A DNA stretch of 64,000 nucleotides from Octopus sinensis (taxonomy: Eukaryota): the NCBI RefSeq assembly GCF_006345805.1, contig NC_043006.1, positions 99,944,001 through 100,008,000 on the forward strand. The letters run 5' to 3'. Each line of letters begins with the position of its first letter. The first letter of the stretch is position 1. Positions 63,287-64,000 of the stretch are shown piece after piece. A program made the position numbers and the translations under genes. A model generated the notes under the pieces. That model saw only the letters and a list, made by a program, of their open reading frames with translations, made no database searches and was not told the origin of the DNA.

Positions 63287-64000
63287 GTGTGTGTGTGTAT
63301 GTGTTTATGTGTGTGTGTGTTTGTATGTATGTATGTTTGTATGTATATATATGTCGTCGTCAGAGATTTAAATACGCTGGTAGAAAATTGGATGGTTGAC
63401 ATTTTACGAGAAAATTCTTCTAACAATTATAAATGATTGTTGTGATTGCTATGGAATCTTTATAACAAAATGACAAATTATTCTTTAATAATTTAAAATT
63501 TTCCCAAGTTGCAAACAGTTGAACGTTCACTATCCATCGATCAACAACACAACTAGACGTGAATATGATGGATTACGAATTATGCCCTCCAAACAGATTG
63601 AAGATTAACCGGATATACGGGCTGATGAAATATGAAATTATTCGCTTCGTTATTTGAATATCCATCAACACCCAAATAGACATGAATTATTCTTAACTTA
63701 GTTACATAATAGCATTACCACTCTTTTATACAGAAATGTAAGCAGCATTGTCAAAAGTTGATGAACCATGCGGCTCAAAGTAATTTTCTGTCGAAGCAGA
63801 AAACTGTTTAATAAGAGAACACATTTCACGTGGAAGAGATATAACTGACGGGTAGCGTGTACGATTGTTCTGCTTATTTCAGGTATGTAGTGGCAAAATG
63901 TCTTCTTGACAACAACCGATAGGGACATCCGATAGGAGCAGCAGGATTGAGACATGTGTATGTCTGAGGGTCGATATACATAAGGCAACGACCAAATTTT

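Noticed and set aside
57624-63660. Other CTGATGA hits (~57625, ~62998, ~63624; also ~51937)
   Set aside because: No compatible helix I/II/III; expected by chance in AT-rich DNA.

Overview
AT-rich, microsatellite-dense eukaryotic DNA. The SINE families and repeat landscape look like a coleoid cephalopod (Octopus-like); this is pattern recognition, not a database match. I can support no cellular protein-coding gene, rRNA, tRNA gene or CRISPR array, and most short ORFs in the track are microsatellite translations. The window is a transposon graveyard: a full-length CR1-like LINE (~19.2-24.1 kb) with an unusual Myb/SANT + CCCH ORF1 and an ORF2 broken by one homopolymer frameshift; a near-complete mariner; an internally deleted maT-like element; a dead hAT (Buster/Charlie); Helitron, pogo, Gypsy, L1/Tx1 and R4/Dong remnants; six Penelope-like (PLE) fragments; and three tRNA-derived SINE families. 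The most interesting signal is non-coding. A ~534-bp unit at 8948-10496 occurs as one inverted plus two tandem copies, each with a minimal type-I hammerhead ribozyme motif (CUGAUGA...GAAA, 4-bp helix I, palindromic ACGUACGU helix III), i.e. a retrozyme/PLE pseudo-LTR-like array. Two unrelated, degenerate hammerhead motifs sit in other (TA)n-associated elements (8421-8455, 56508-56547), and several fold-back structures are present. Many differences between repeat copies are 1-nt homopolymer indels, so some frameshifts may be consensus errors.
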